Counted from the stretch's first letter, positions 11,312 through 22,382 are shown. The stretch is DNA of 64,000 bases from an uncultured SAR86 cluster bacterium (GCA_902562135.1 CACESE010000006.1:7231-71230), one strand, 5' to 3'. Program-made: numbers and translations. The notes: generated by a model from the letters alone, not told the origin.

Positions 11312-12199
11312 AAGCAGTGTTTCTAGTAAAGCCTGTTGAACATGTAGTCTATTCTCTGCCTGAATCCAAACCTTACTAGATTCATGATCTAACATGTCTA
11401 TAGATATCTCTTCTCCTCTGTGAGCTGGTAAACAATGAAGAAAAATTGCACTGTTATCAGCCAATTCCATAGAGGCTTGATCAACAGTGTAACCTTTGAA
11501 TAAATTAGTTTTTTCTAATGATTGATTTTCAGAGTGCATTGAAGTCCAAACATCAGTAGTTACTATTTTTGCATCTTTTAATGCATCTTTTTTTGTTTCA
11601 GTTAAGACAACGTTATTTTTTTTAGAATTCATTATTTCTGGATTAGGTTCAAAGCCTTTAGGGCAATATATATTCAGATCAAAATTAAATATTTCTGCTG
11701 CTTCTATATAGGAATTGCATACATTGTTGCTATCTCCAATCCAAGCAACCTTAGATATCTCTAAGTCTCCATTACATTCTTTGAATGTCATGAGATCAGC
11801 CAAAATTTGGCAAGGATGGTATAAATTGCTCAAGCCATTTATGACTGGAATTGAAGAGTTTTGACTATATATGTCTAATAGTTCATGGTTTGCGGTTCTA
11901 ATTACTACAGCGTCTAACATTGAAGATAAAACACGAGCGGTATCTGAAATAGGTTCGCCTCTTGAGATTTGAAGGTCAGAACTCGACAAAAAGATAGAGT
12001 TTCCTCCGAGTGATTGAACCCCAATTTCAAAAGAAACCCTCGTTCTAGTTGAAGGCTTTTCAAAAATTAAGCCCAAAGATTTATTTTCTAAAGTTTTCGG
12101 TAAATTTTTCAAAGATTTCAATTCCAGCCCTCGTTCAATAATTGAATGAAGGAATTCTTTGGAAAAATCTTTAAAATTTAAAAAATGTTTTGGTGACAT
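11303..12199 (-). CDS. argF: Ornithine carbamoyltransferase
   Basis: STRTRVSFE, HPCQILAD, WTSM, FLHCLP, QAENR. Confidence 0.95.
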   Translation of the reverse strand: MSPKHFLNFKDFSKEFLHSIIERGLELKSLKNLPKTLENKSLGLIFEKPSTRTRVSFEIGVQSLGGNSIFLSSSDLQISRGEPISDTARVLSSMLDAVVIRTANHELLDIYSQNSSIPVINGLSNLYHPCQILADLMTFKECNGDLEISKVAWIGDSNNVCNSYIEAAEIFNFDLNIYCPKGFEPNPEIMNSKKNNVVLTETKKDALKDAKIVTTDVWTSMHSENQSLEKTNLFKGYTVDQASMELADNSAIFLHCLPAHRGEEISIDMLDHESSKVWIQAENRLHVQQALLETLLLT

Positions 12200-12242
12200 A
12201 GTATATGCGTTATAGAATTGATTTTTTTAAAATCAAATTAGT

Positions 12243-13433
12243 ATGAATTTTAAAGTAAAAACTTACAATGCCATAGCAGAAACAGGACTTTCTCTTCTGA
12301 AAGATTCAGATTTTGAAATTTCTGAAAATCTTGAAGCTCCTGATGCTTTGATTTTGAGAAGTTATAAATTGACCAACAACGACATTGAAAGTTCAATCAA
12401 AGCAATTGCAAGAGCGGGCGCAGGTGTTAACAACGTTCCAGTCGATTACTGCTCTGATCAGGGTATAGTCGTTTTCAATACACCAGGCGCGAATGCAAAT
12501 GCAGTCAAAGAGATTGTACTGGCGGGGTTACTTTTATCATCAAGAGGAATTTATAGTGGAGCAAATTACATAAATGACATTCAAGGAGTTGATCAAGGCG
12601 ATCTGAAAGGTCATATTGAGCAAGGAAAGAAAAGTTTTAAAGGGCGTGAATTAAAAGATGGAGTTTTAGGTGTAATAGGTATGGGGGCTATTGGCTCTAA
12701 AGTTGCAGATATGGGTGTTATGTTAGGTATGGAGGTTATAGGGTATGATCCAGCAATATCCGTTGAAGCCGCTTGGAAGTTGCCAAATATGGTTTCTAGA
12801 AGAGATAATCTAGCGGATGTATTCAAAGAATCAGATTACTTAACTTTACACATTCCCGCTATTGAAGAAACAAAAAATCTTGTAAATAAAGATCTTTTAC
12901 AAAACGCAAAAGAAGGGCTTAAATTGATCAATTTCGCAAGAGATGAGATTGTCAATTCACAAGATGTAATTGATGCATTGACATCCGGTAAGTTAGGAGG
13001 TTATGTGACTGATTTTGCTGATTTAGATCTTATAGAAAGAGCGAAAACTATGGGCGACGTCATCATATTGCCTCATATTGGCGCCAGCACTAGACAAGCA
13101 GAAGAAAATTGTTCGATTATGGCAGCAGAACAACTGAAAGATTTTCTAGAGAACGGAAATATAACTAATTCCGTAAATTTTCCTGATTTAATTGAGCCCA
13201 GAAAGTCAAAATTTAGAATCACCCTATCAAATAATAATATTGCTGGAATGATTGGTCAGATAACAACAATTCTAGCTGAGAATAACCTTAACATTTTAAA
13301 TATGATCAATAAAAGTAAGGGTGAAATTGCTTACAACGTAATTGATACGGACTCTGAGCCCTCAAATGCTGTTGAAGAAGGTCTCAAGAAATTAGAAGGC
13401 GTAATTAATGTCAGAGTAATTAAAGATGAATAA
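12243..13433 (+). CDS. serA: D-3-phosphoglycerate dehydrogenase with C-terminal ACT domain
   Basis: ARAGAGVNN, NTPGANANAVKE, GMGAIG, PHIGAST, ACT-like tail. Confidence 0.88.
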   Translation: MNFKVKTYNAIAETGLSLLKDSDFEISENLEAPDALILRSYKLTNNDIESSIKAIARAGAGVNNVPVDYCSDQGIVVFNTPGANANAVKEIVLAGLLLSSRGIYSGANYINDIQGVDQGDLKGHIEQGKKSFKGRELKDGVLGVIGMGAIGSKVADMGVMLGMEVIGYDPAISVEAAWKLPNMVSRRDNLADVFKESDYLTLHIPAIEETKNLVNKDLLQNAKEGLKLINFARDEIVNSQDVIDALTSGKLGGYVTDFADLDLIERAKTMGDVIILPHIGASTRQAEENCSIMAAEQLKDFLENGNITNSVNFPDLIEPRKSKFRITLSNNNIAGMIGQITTILAENNLNILNMINKSKGEIAYNVIDTDSEPSNAVEEGLKKLEGVINVRVIKDE

Positions 13434-14181
13434 ACCGGTAGCCATTATAACAGGCGCAAGTAGGGGGGTAGGAAAAGCTGTAGCTATAATGCTTGCAGAA
13501 AAGGGCTGGAATCTTACTTTGACATGTTCTAACTCTTTAAAAGAGGCAGAAGAAGTTGCAAAAGAATGTAACGATCTTGGTGCAGAAACACTAGTTTTAG
13601 TCTCTGATGTTTCCGATGACTTAAAATGTCGTGAAACTGTAGATAGGACAATTGAAAAATGGAATAAATTAGATACTTTGATAAATAACGCAGGTAGAAC
13701 AGTATTTAATGCACATGAAAATATGTCTGGACTAACCACAGAAGATTTTGTTGAAATTTATAAAACAAATACAGTTGGACCATATATGATGATTAAGGAA
13801 TCTGAGAAATATTTAAGAAAAAGTCCAATTGCGTCTGTTGTAAATATTGCGTCCATTGCCGGAGTTATCGGTGTGGGAAGCTCCATAGCTTACGTGGCTT
13901 CAAAAGGGGCGCTTGTCATGATGACTAAATCTCTAGCTAAAGCTTTGGGCCCCATCCGAATCAATGCGATTTGTCCAGGTTTCATTGAAGGAGAGTGGTT
14001 AAAGTCAGGATTGGGTGATGAGGCGTATGAGGCTACAAAAAGTTTTATTGAATCTAGTACTCCTTTGAGTATGGTTTGCAATCCTGAGAAAGTAGCTAAA
14101 GGAGTCTTCTTTTTTGTCGAGGATGCTATTGCAACCACAGGTGAAACATTAATTTTAGATGGTGGATTCCATTTAAAGTGA
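13426..14181 (+). CDS. SDR oxidoreductase
   Basis: TGASRGVG, NNAG, YVASK, DGG. Confidence 0.9.
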   Translation: MNKPVAIITGASRGVGKAVAIMLAEKGWNLTLTCSNSLKEAEEVAKECNDLGAETLVLVSDVSDDLKCRETVDRTIEKWNKLDTLINNAGRTVFNAHENMSGLTTEDFVEIYKTNTVGPYMMIKESEKYLRKSPIASVVNIASIAGVIGVGSSIAYVASKGALVMMTKSLAKALGPIRINAICPGFIEGEWLKSGLGDEAYEATKSFIESSTPLSMVCNPEKVAKGVFFFVEDAIATTGETLILDGGFHLK

Positions 14182-14564
14182 TTTTTTCATAGTTCGATCT
14201 AAGTTATCAGAAACTTTTAAATACTTTAAAAAAAATCAATTAATTTTTTTTATTTTTTAGATTTTTAATTGATAAAAAAATATTCTTTTAGATAAAAACT
14301 TAACTATTACTTAAAAAGTTACACACATATAAACAGAAATTATCGCTTAACCAAAAAAAATAAACTTAAAGTGCACTTTTTTAGAACATAAAGTACTTTT
14401 TTATTTAAGATATTGATTTCATTGAACTTTTTAAGTTGATCAATTTTTGTACAATTTAAAAAAAACCTTTTCACATTAAGGCTTTAGAACATTTGAGCCA
14501 TTTTATCCAAAGAGTTATCCACAGTTTCTGTGGATAAAAAAATTGGGTTTGTTAGCATTAGATT
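14182..14564. other. Candidate chromosomal replication origin (oriC)
   Basis: 383-bp very AT-rich non-coding gap. DnaA boxes TTATCCACA (14515-14523) and TGTGGATAA (14529-14537); near matches TTATCCAAA (14503-14511) and TTACACACA (14319-14327); IHF consensus AATCAATATCTTA on the minus strand (14406-14418). Confidence 0.6.
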
Positions 14565-15236
14565 ATGCTACAAGATCTTCCAAAAAATTGGTTAGGTTTT
14601 TTAAAAAATCATGACTTGAAAAAGCAACTGCTATCAATAGAAGCAAGATTGGAGGAAGAAATTAAATTAGGGAAAATAATTTTTCCTAAAAGAGAAAACA
14701 TTTTTAGATCTTTACAACTTGTTCAGCCTTATGAAGTTAAGGTTGTTATTCTTGGCCAGGATCCTTACCACAACTTTAATCAAGCTGACGGTTTAGCTTT
14801 CTCTGTTAGTAACTTCCAATCTCTTCCACCATCTTTAAGAAATATTTTCATTGAAATTGAAAATGATTTAAATATCAAGATAGAAAAAAAGGGGGATTTA
14901 GAGAATATAGCGAAACAAGGAGTGTTGCTTTTAAATTCTATTCTTACTGTAGAAAAAAATAATCCAGGATCGCACAAAAATATAGGTTGGGAAAAATTAA
15001 CAGACATAATAATTAGCTCTTTGAGTTTGATGGGAAATATTGTTTTTATTCTTTGGGGAAATTTTGCAAAGAAAAAATCAAATCTTATTGATAACAATAT
15101 TAATTTAGTAATAAATTCCTCCCATCCTTCTCCTTTTTCTGCCCATAAAGGTTTTTTTGGGTCAAAACCTTTTAGTAAATGTAATGATTATTTAATTAGC
15201 AAAGGCAAGGAGCCTATTAAATGGAATTTAAAATAA
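14565..15236 (+). CDS. ung: Uracil-DNA glycosylase (family 1)
   Basis: GQDPYH, PPSLRNIF, GVLLLN, HPSPFS. Confidence 0.96.
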   Translation: MLQDLPKNWLGFLKNHDLKKQLLSIEARLEEEIKLGKIIFPKRENIFRSLQLVQPYEVKVVILGQDPYHNFNQADGLAFSVSNFQSLPPSLRNIFIEIENDLNIKIEKKGDLENIAKQGVLLLNSILTVEKNNPGSHKNIGWEKLTDIIISSLSLMGNIVFILWGNFAKKKSNLIDNNINLVINSSHPSPFSAHKGFFGSKPFSKCNDYLISKGKEPIKWNLK

Positions 15237-15944
15237 TTTTAGCCTTTTGAAGTTTATTTTTTCGCCCGAGTCTTTATAAATATCTTTTAAATTACTTTTA
15301 TTTTTAAGAAAAATTAAACTATTTGTTTCAAATTTTGAGGCAATCTTACCCAAAACTTTATTTTCTTGGTCATAAAGGCTAGAACCTTCTTCCATAGAGT
15401 TTAAGTCCGAGGAATAAATAAGAAGGAGACCAGTTTTTAGTTTAGCCCTGTAGTGCATTCTAGCCACAACTTCTTGACCTGTGAAACATCCTTTTTCAAA
15501 ATTAATAACATCAAGGTTTTGATATCCAAGGTCGTGAGGTGTAAATAATTCGGAAGTGAGAGAATTGATTTCACAGAGACCATTATTAATACAGTTAGAT
15601 TTCCATTTGGCAAAATCTACAATTTCGGCATTTTTTGACACTTCATCGATAATGAACATTTCAGATTTAAAAAAAACTTTGTATTTTTTTAATGTGTCAA
15701 AGGTTTTATCAATTATTGATCTGTCTAAAATGAGGTCAAAACTTTCTTCGCTTTGTTTTTTTAGCCATATAAGAGAAATGATCTGTCCTCTTAAATTACA
15801 AATCACATTTTTTTGCAAAATGTCTTTATTTGCTAAATTTAAATCATTAGATAATTGTCCTTGAAGAAACTCTAGAGAGTCTATTCCTTCTACTCTTATG
15901 ATTTTGTGACTTGAAGATAACTCCATACTCTTATATTTTATCAA
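15228..15944 (-). CDS. ygfZ: Folate-binding Fe-S maturation protein YgfZ (shortened)
   Basis: FLQGQLSND and the KGCFTGQEVVARM signature. Confidence 0.88.
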   Translation of the reverse strand: MIKYKSMELSSSHKIIRVEGIDSLEFLQGQLSNDLNLANKDILQKNVICNLRGQIISLIWLKKQSEESFDLILDRSIIDKTFDTLKKYKVFFKSEMFIIDEVSKNAEIVDFAKWKSNCINNGLCEINSLTSELFTPHDLGYQNLDVINFEKGCFTGQEVVARMHYRAKLKTGLLLIYSSDLNSMEEGSSLYDQENKVLGKIASKFETNSLIFLKNKSNLKDIYKDSGEKINFKRLKLF

Positions 15945-15962
15945 TAATAGTAAATTTAACCT

Positions 15963-16211
15963 ATGAATGACTTAATTGAAGAAGCTAGATTCAGAAGCAG
16001 AAGAGGGCTAAATGAGTTAGATTTAGTGCTAGAGCCATTTTCGAAAAATAACCTACATAAATTAAACTCAAAGGAGTTAGAGTCTTATCTCGAGATACTT
16101 TCATGGGAAGATAACGATTTAGCTGATGCAATACTTTATGGCAAAGTCTGTGAAGATAAAGAATTACAAAATGTAATTACAAAAATAATTGATTTTTTTA
16201 GTGAAATTTAG
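15963..16211 (+). CDS. sdhE: Succinate dehydrogenase flavinylation factor
   Basis: SRRGLNELD (RGxxE) motif; divergent from ygfZ. Confidence 0.85.
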   Translation: MNDLIEEARFRSRRGLNELDLVLEPFSKNNLHKLNSKELESYLEILSWEDNDLADAILYGKVCEDKELQNVITKIIDFFSEI

Positions 16212-16213
16212 CT

Positions 16214-16240
16214 GAACTTATGCACAATGCACATGTCAAA
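16214..16240 (+). promoter_or_regulatory. Sigma-E (RpoE/AlgU) autoregulatory promoter
   Basis: GAACTT-N16-TCAAA immediately upstream of rpoE. Confidence 0.85.
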
Positions 16241-16255
16241 TGAAAAGGGACAGAG

Positions 16256-16837
16256 ATGAACTCAGAAAAAAGCCTTATAAACTTGGTCAAAAAGGGCGAC
16301 AAAAAGGCCTACGAAGTACTTGTTTTGCAATATCAAGACAGGCTTGTTTTCTCTGTTTACAAATTTCTTAAGGATTATGAACTTGCACAAGACATAGCCC
16401 AAGAGGCTTTTGTAAAAGCTTTTAAAAATATTGAAAAATTTCGCGGTGATAGCTCCTTCTATACTTGGATTTATAGAATTGCTATAAACACTGCAAAGAA
16501 CTTTTTATCTTCTAAATCTAGAAAATCTGAAATTTACGATGATGAGATTATGGAGTTAAAACTGTCTGAATCAGCAGTAACTTCAGAAAATCCTGAAAAT
16601 ATTTTAGAAGCTGAAGAGTTACGATCTTTAATGATGGACGCCATACAAGACCTTCCTGATGATATTAGAACAACTTTAAGCTTAAGAGAATTTGATGGTT
16701 TAAGCTATGAAGAAATAGCGGAAGTTCAGAATTGTCCTATTGGAACAGTTAGATCTAGAATTCATAAAGGTCGTGAAATTTTAGATAAAACTTTTTCTAA
16801 ATATAATATGTCTAATTTGGAGACAAATTTAATATGA
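16256..16837 (+). CDS. rpoE: ECF sigma factor RpoE/AlgU
   Basis: FRGDSSFYTWIYRIAINTAKN, LREFDGLSYEEIA..CPIGTVRSRI. Confidence 0.95.
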   Translation: MNSEKSLINLVKKGDKKAYEVLVLQYQDRLVFSVYKFLKDYELAQDIAQEAFVKAFKNIEKFRGDSSFYTWIYRIAINTAKNFLSSKSRKSEIYDDEIMELKLSESAVTSENPENILEAEELRSLMMDAIQDLPDDIRTTLSLREFDGLSYEEIAEVQNCPIGTVRSRIHKGREILDKTFSKYNMSNLETNLI

Positions 16838-17520
16838 GTAAATTATTTGAACAAAAATTATCCCTACTAATGGATGGGGAGATAACTCCTTTTGAAACTA
16901 AGAGGTTAGTAGATGAAATTCATTCAAACTCGCATTTAAGGAGCCTCTGGCTCAGAATGAATAAGCATAAAGCTGCCATGCATGGCGAATTATTAGATCA
17001 AAATCTAGACCTCTCCAAAAAAATAATATCTCAAATTAACAAATCTACACAAAATACAAAAACTTTAAAAACATGGCCTAAGTTTAACTTTTTATCTCCG
17101 ACTTATATGAAGGCGTGTTGTTATCTGATTGGTTTTTTCTTTATCTTATCTCTGCCCCTCCTAAATCTGCCGTCTCCTTCATCTACAGTCTCTTCAAAAC
17201 AAAATCTCCTTTCCCTAAACAATGAAGCTTTATTGCTAGATTTAGGTGCAAATTTTAACGGTAACTTAAAAGACTACAGAATTACATCGTCTTCAAGTAT
17301 GGAAGCAAACTATTTTATTCCCGGAGATGAAAAATCTGTGAGATTAAAAGTCTTTTTTGATCGTATTCCAGAACAAGAATGGCTTGGGACGATAAACAAC
17401 GGAGTCACAGTTCATACCAAATCAGGCTCTACTCCACTAATCCTCAACCTCTCTAGCGAAAATCTCCCAAATCAAAGACTCATTAAAATATCAAACACTT
17501 TCTTGGAAAAAAATAAATAA
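16834..17520 (+). CDS. rseA: Anti-sigma-E factor RseA/MucA-like
   Basis: N-terminal EQKLSLLMDGE...W, one TM helix, position after rpoE; the C-terminal domain is divergent. Confidence 0.7.
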   Translation: MSKLFEQKLSLLMDGEITPFETKRLVDEIHSNSHLRSLWLRMNKHKAAMHGELLDQNLDLSKKIISQINKSTQNTKTLKTWPKFNFLSPTYMKACCYLIGFFFILSLPLLNLPSPSSTVSSKQNLLSLNNEALLLDLGANFNGNLKDYRITSSSSMEANYFIPGDEKSVRLKVFFDRIPEQEWLGTINNGVTVHTKSGSTPLILNLSSENLPNQRLIKISNTFLEKNK

Positions 17521-18932
17521 TGCGAAAAGTCCGTTTTTTTCTTTTCATCTGTATATTAATTATCCCAAACTTAAGTTTCTCAGATGATAAATTCTTGCCT
17601 AATATAGCTGAGCTAGTTGAGGACACTTCAGCGGCTGTTGTAAACGTAAGCGTCACTAAAACCGTTAAAACTCAGTCAAGACAAAGCCCTTTTCCAGGGT
17701 CTCCAAGAGGTTTTCCTTTTGATGATTTCTTTAACTTTCCTTTTGAAGAACCTAAACAACAAAGAGAAAGAAAAATAAGTTCAGGCGGCTCAGGCTTCAT
17801 AATATCTAAAGATGGCTATATTCTCACTAACCATCATGTTGTTGCAGATGCTTCAGAAATAGTCATTAGTCTCAATGATAGAAGAGAATTTAAAGCAAAT
17901 TTAATAGGTAGCGATGAAAAATCTGATGTTGCCCTTCTTAAAATTAATACCAATGAAGCCTTGCCTTATTTATCACTTGGCAATTCCGATGAAATCAGAG
18001 TGGGCGACTGGGTTGTAGCAATAGGTTCTCCATATCGTTTGAATTTCTCGGTCACTGCTGGAATCGTAAGCGCGAAGTCTAGAAGCATTCCGGATCAAGG
18101 AACTTCTTATATACCTTTTATACAATCAGATGTTGCAATAAATCCAGGTAATTCAGGCGGTCCATTATTTAACCTCAAAGGCGAAGTTATAGGGATTAAC
18201 GCAATGATTTATTCAAGCGGCGGAGGTTACATGGGAATTTCCTTCACAATTCCAATTAATTACGCTTCAGAAATTATAGATCAATTAAAAAATAATGGCG
18301 TAGTGTCAAGAGGCTGGTTAGGTGTTAGCGTTCAAGAGGTTACTAAAGATTTAGCTGATTCTTTTAAATTAGGCAATCCACGTGGAGCATTGATTGGAAA
18401 TGTACTAAAAAATAGCCCTGCAGAAAGAGCTGGTTTAAAAAATGGAGACGTTATTTTAAGTTTTAACAAACAAAAAATTATTTATTCAGGTGATTTACCT
18501 TTAATTGTTGGAAGGATTAAACCAGACACTACAGTTGATGCGGTAATTTTTAGATCAGGTATAGAAAAAAAGATGAGAGTTAAAGTAGGGGTTCTTGAAG
18601 AAATTACAACAGAAAATATTATCCCTGCTGTAGAAGATAAGATTGACGATTTATTGGGTCTGAAATTGGTACCAGTTAAGGAGTTATCAAGTGAGAAAGT
18701 TGAACAATTAAAAGTTGAATCAGGCGTTTTCGTCGAAGAGGTTAAAGATGGACCTGCAAAAGACGCTGGAATCAAGGTTGGAGATGTTATAACTACAATG
18801 GCCTTCAAAGAGGTTTCAAATTTAGAAGATTACAATTCAATTCTCTCTGAATTAAGTACAGAAGATAATTTGGCTGTCAGAATTGTTAGAAATGGTAATG
18901 GTTCTTTTATTACTATAAAACTAAAAAAATAA
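17520..18932 (+). CDS. DegP/MucD serine protease with two PDZ domains
   Basis: Signal peptide, GSGFII, TNHHV, SDVALL, INPGNSGGPL. Confidence 0.93.
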   Translation: MRKVRFFLFICILIIPNLSFSDDKFLPNIAELVEDTSAAVVNVSVTKTVKTQSRQSPFPGSPRGFPFDDFFNFPFEEPKQQRERKISSGGSGFIISKDGYILTNHHVVADASEIVISLNDRREFKANLIGSDEKSDVALLKINTNEALPYLSLGNSDEIRVGDWVVAIGSPYRLNFSVTAGIVSAKSRSIPDQGTSYIPFIQSDVAINPGNSGGPLFNLKGEVIGINAMIYSSGGGYMGISFTIPINYASEIIDQLKNNGVVSRGWLGVSVQEVTKDLADSFKLGNPRGALIGNVLKNSPAERAGLKNGDVILSFNKQKIIYSGDLPLIVGRIKPDTTVDAVIFRSGIEKKMRVKVGVLEEITTENIIPAVEDKIDDLLGLKLVPVKELSSEKVEQLKVESGVFVEEVKDGPAKDAGIKVGDVITTMAFKEVSNLEDYNSILSELSTEDNLAVRIVRNGNGSFITIKLKK

Positions 18933-18946
18933 GCGATAATCCTTAA

Positions 18947-20743
18947 ATGGAGGATAACTCTTTAGATAAAACTAGGAATTTTTCCATAATCGCTCACATC
19001 GATCATGGTAAATCTACTTTGGCCGACAGAATCATTGAGTTATGTGGCGGCTTGTCTAATAGAGAAATGCAAAGTCAAGTCTTGGATTCTTTGGAAATAG
19101 AAAGAGAGCGAGGTATAACTGTTAAAGCTCAATCCGTTGCACTTAAATTCAAAAAAAATGGTTCAAACTATAATTTAAATTTAATAGATACTCCTGGACA
19201 TGTAGATTTTGCTTACGAAGTATCTCGTTCCTTAGCCGCATGTGACGGAGCTATTTTGTTAATCGATGCCTCACAAGGAGTAGAAGCTCAAACTTTATCG
19301 ACCTGTTATAATGCTATAGAGCAAGGATTAACCATTTTGCCTGTTTTAAATAAGATTGATCTTCCTCAATCTGATCCAGATAGAGTAAAAAAGGAGATAG
19401 AAGAAATAATAGGGATTGACGCTAGTAATGCTCCTTGTATTAGTGCAAAAAACGGGGATGGCGTTGAAGAGTTATTAAATATAATTATTGATGAAATTCC
19501 TTCGCCAGAAGGAGAAATTAATTCAGCCTTAGAAGCGCTAATTATTGATTCTTGGTTTGATCAATACCTTGGCGTAGTTTCCTTAGTGAAAGTAATGAAT
19601 GGGAAAATTATTCAAGGCGAAAAAATAAAATTTAATTCATCTGGAAATGTTCACTTGGCAGAAAAAATAGGTTTTTTTACTCCAAAGCGACAAGAAAAAA
19701 ATCAATTAAGTGTTGGAGAGGTTGGATTTGTTTGTGCCGGTGTAAGAGACATAAGAGGTGCACCAGTTGGAGATACCCTAACCCATCAAAGTCACAACGC
19801 AGCACTTCCAGGTTTTAAACCAATAAAGCCTCAAGTTTTTGCTGCTTTATACCCCCTAGATTCTTCAGAATTTGAACTTTTTAGAGAATCTTTGGAAAGA
19901 TTGTCATTAAATGATGCTGCTTTGAGTTATCTACCTGAACAGTCTTCAGCACTAGGTTCTGGATTCAGATGCGGTTTTTTAGGAACGCTTCACATGGAAA
20001 TAGTAATTGAGCGTTTAGAAGTAGAGCACGGTATTGAATTGCTCGCAACTGCACCTACAGTTGCATATCAGATTATCGATTCGTCAAATAACCTTTTGGA
20101 AATAGAAAATCCGAGTAAATATCCAGAACCAAATCACATAAACGAAGTTAAAGAGCCTATAGCAAAAGCGACGATGCTTGTTCCTGAAAAATTTATTGGA
20201 AATGTAATATCTTTATGTGAAGAAAAAAGAGGTATTCAAAAATCCTTAAGATACGTAGGAGGTCAAATAGAACTAATTTATGAAATGCCAATGAACGAAA
20301 TTGTCTTAGATTTTTTTGATAGATTGAAGTCTTGTAGCAAAGGGTATGCCTCTTTAGATTACGACTTTTTAAGATTTCAAAATAGCGATATGGTTAAAGT
20401 CGATATTTTGCTAAATGGTGAAAAAGTTGATGCATTAAATTTTATGGTTCATCGATCAAAGGCAGATCAAAAGGGAAGAGAATTAGCAAAATCTCTCAGA
20501 GAAGTAATACCAAGACAGATGTATGACATAGCCATCCAAGCAGCAATAGGAGGAAAAATTTTGGCTAGAGAAACTGTGAAAGCGTTTCGTAAAGACGTAA
20601 CAGCGAAATTATATGGAGGTGATGTTACTCGAAAAATGAAACTTTTAGAAAAGCAAAAGAAGGGTAAGAAAAAAATGAGACAAATTGGAAAAGTTGAAGT
20701 CCCTCAAGAAGCTTTTCTATCAATCTTAAAAGTGTCAAAGTGA
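18947..20743 (+). CDS. lepA: Elongation factor 4
   Basis: [45 protein letters not shown]. Confidence 0.97.
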   Translation: MEDNSLDKTRNFSIIAHIDHGKSTLADRIIELCGGLSNREMQSQVLDSLEIERERGITVKAQSVALKFKKNGSNYNLNLIDTPGHVDFAYEVSRSLAACDGAILLIDASQGVEAQTLSTCYNAIEQGLTILPVLNKIDLPQSDPDRVKKEIEEIIGIDASNAPCISAKNGDGVEELLNIIIDEIPSPEGEINSALEALIIDSWFDQYLGVVSLVKVMNGKIIQGEKIKFNSSGNVHLAEKIGFFTPKRQEKNQLSVGEVGFVCAGVRDIRGAPVGDTLTHQSHNAALPGFKPIKPQVFAALYPLDSSEFELFRESLERLSLNDAALSYLPEQSSALGSGFRCGFLGTLHMEIVIERLEVEHGIELLATAPTVAYQIIDSSNNLLEIENPSKYPEPNHINEVKEPIAKATMLVPEKFIGNVISLCEEKRGIQKSLRYVGGQIELIYEMPMNEIVLDFFDRLKSCSKGYASLDYDFLRFQNSDMVKVDILLNGEKVDALNFMVHRSKADQKGRELAKSLREVIPRQMYDIAIQAAIGGKILARETVKAFRKDVTAKLYGGDVTRKMKLLEKQKKGKKKMRQIGKVEVPQEAFLSILKVSK

Positions 20744-21720
20744 ATTTTCATTTTATTTTTTACCTTGTCTTGATATTTTCAGTGATTTTAATAAGTTTCT
20801 GGATTTACTCAGAAAAGAAACTGAATGGAAAATTTAATAAATCTATAAATTATTTTTCATTTCCTCTTGCAATACTCGGGCTGTATTGCGTTTTTAGATT
20901 GAATTTAGATTTTGGATATATTCTGGTTGGATTGACCCTAATTTCACTTTTTCTTTGGGTCTTAGGGAGAATACTTTACTTGGAAAAATTAATTAAGGAA
21001 TCCAGATCTTTCTTTTTAATTCTTACAGTGATTACAGTTTTTAGATCTTTTGTGTTTGAGCCATTTCAAATTCCTTCAGAGTCAATGATTCCTGGATTAG
21101 AAGTTGGAGATTTTGTTTTAGTTAATAAATTTGAATATGGTTTAAAAAATCCTATAGGTAATAAAACGCTTATTTTAAATAATACTCCAGAAAGAGGAGA
21201 TGTTATTGTTTTTACTCCTCCGCATACATCTTGTTCATCAAAGATAGAAGATGCTTATCCCGAAGGCAGTCTAAATCTAACCTTGCCGGATCAGTTTATT
21301 AGATGGAACAGTTTAAATAAAAATTGCTCAACTTTTGGTTTGAAATATGTAAAAAGGGTTATTGCGGTGCCAGGAGACACTTTAGAATTAAAAGGGAAAG
21401 AATTTTTTATTAATGGAAAGAAGATAGAGAAGAAATTGATTGAATCAAATTTAAATCAATCTATCTATACAGAAACACAAAACTTGAAAGAATATTTTGT
21501 AGGCAATTCGAATTTAAGAGAATTAAAATTTTACCAGTCGTGGGTTATTCCGGAAGGGTATTTTTTTGTTGTAGGAGACAACAGAGATAACAGTTTAGAC
21601 AGCAGAAGTTGGGGCTTGGTTCCTGAGAAAAATGTAACTGGAAAAGCTCAATTGATTTGGTTGCATTGGCCTTCGTACGGATCTATTCCGAGCTTATCCA
21701 GAAACAAAATAATTAAATGA
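20740..21720 (+). CDS. lepB: Signal peptidase I
   Basis: [32 protein letters not shown]. Confidence 0.95.
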   Translation: MNFHFIFYLVLIFSVILISFWIYSEKKLNGKFNKSINYFSFPLAILGLYCVFRLNLDFGYILVGLTLISLFLWVLGRILYLEKLIKESRSFFLILTVITVFRSFVFEPFQIPSESMIPGLEVGDFVLVNKFEYGLKNPIGNKTLILNNTPERGDVIVFTPPHTSCSSKIEDAYPEGSLNLTLPDQFIRWNSLNKNCSTFGLKYVKRVIAVPGDTLELKGKEFFINGKKIEKKLIESNLNQSIYTETQNLKEYFVGNSNLRELKFYQSWVIPEGYFFVVGDNRDNSLDSRSWGLVPEKNVTGKAQLIWLHWPSYGSIPSLSRNKIIK

Positions 21721-22382
21721 AGAAAAAATTAGCTAATTTAGAAAAAGATTTGGATTATACTTTCAAAGATAAGAATTTATTAATTAAAGCACTTACTCAC
21801 ACAAGCAGTTCCCAAGAAAATAACGAAGTCCTAGAGTTCTTAGGAGATTCAGTTTTGAATCTAATCGTCACAGAATTGTTACTTGAAAAATTTCCTAACG
21901 AGAATGAAGGGTTTCTTAGCTTGATGCGTTCGAAATTAGTTAGCAGAAAGATACTTAATAAGATAGCTAATGGTTTTAAATTGGAGGAATTTCTAATTTT
22001 AGGAGAGTCATTTAAAAACCAAAAAATTCCAGAAGATTTATTGGGAAATGCTCTGGAAGCAATTCTTGGGTCAATTTTTTTAGAAAAAGGATTGCAGCCT
22101 CTGAGAAAAATTTTTAAAAAAAATTTTAATAAAGAAATTTCATTACTTTCGAAATCTGACTTGAAAAATAGTAAGACTATTTTGCAAGAATATTGTCAAA
22201 AAAATAAGTTTAACTTACCAACATATAATCAAATAAAGAAAGATGAAAAATTAAATTCTTTTATTGTGATTTGTCGCTTAAATAAAGACCTACAAAGTCT
22301 AGGTCATGGAAAAAATTTAAAATGTGCTGAACAAGATGCAGCTGAAAAGTTAATTAAAGAAATAAAAATCATAAATGGATAA
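21717..22382 (+). CDS. rnc: Ribonuclease III
   Basis: NEVLEFLGDSVL, EAILGSIFLE, C-terminal dsRBD. Confidence 0.93.
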   Translation: MKKKLANLEKDLDYTFKDKNLLIKALTHTSSSQENNEVLEFLGDSVLNLIVTELLLEKFPNENEGFLSLMRSKLVSRKILNKIANGFKLEEFLILGESFKNQKIPEDLLGNALEAILGSIFLEKGLQPLRKIFKKNFNKEISLLSKSDLKNSKTILQEYCQKNKFNLPTYNQIKKDEKLNSFIVICRLNKDLQSLGHGKNLKCAEQDAAEKLIKEIKIING

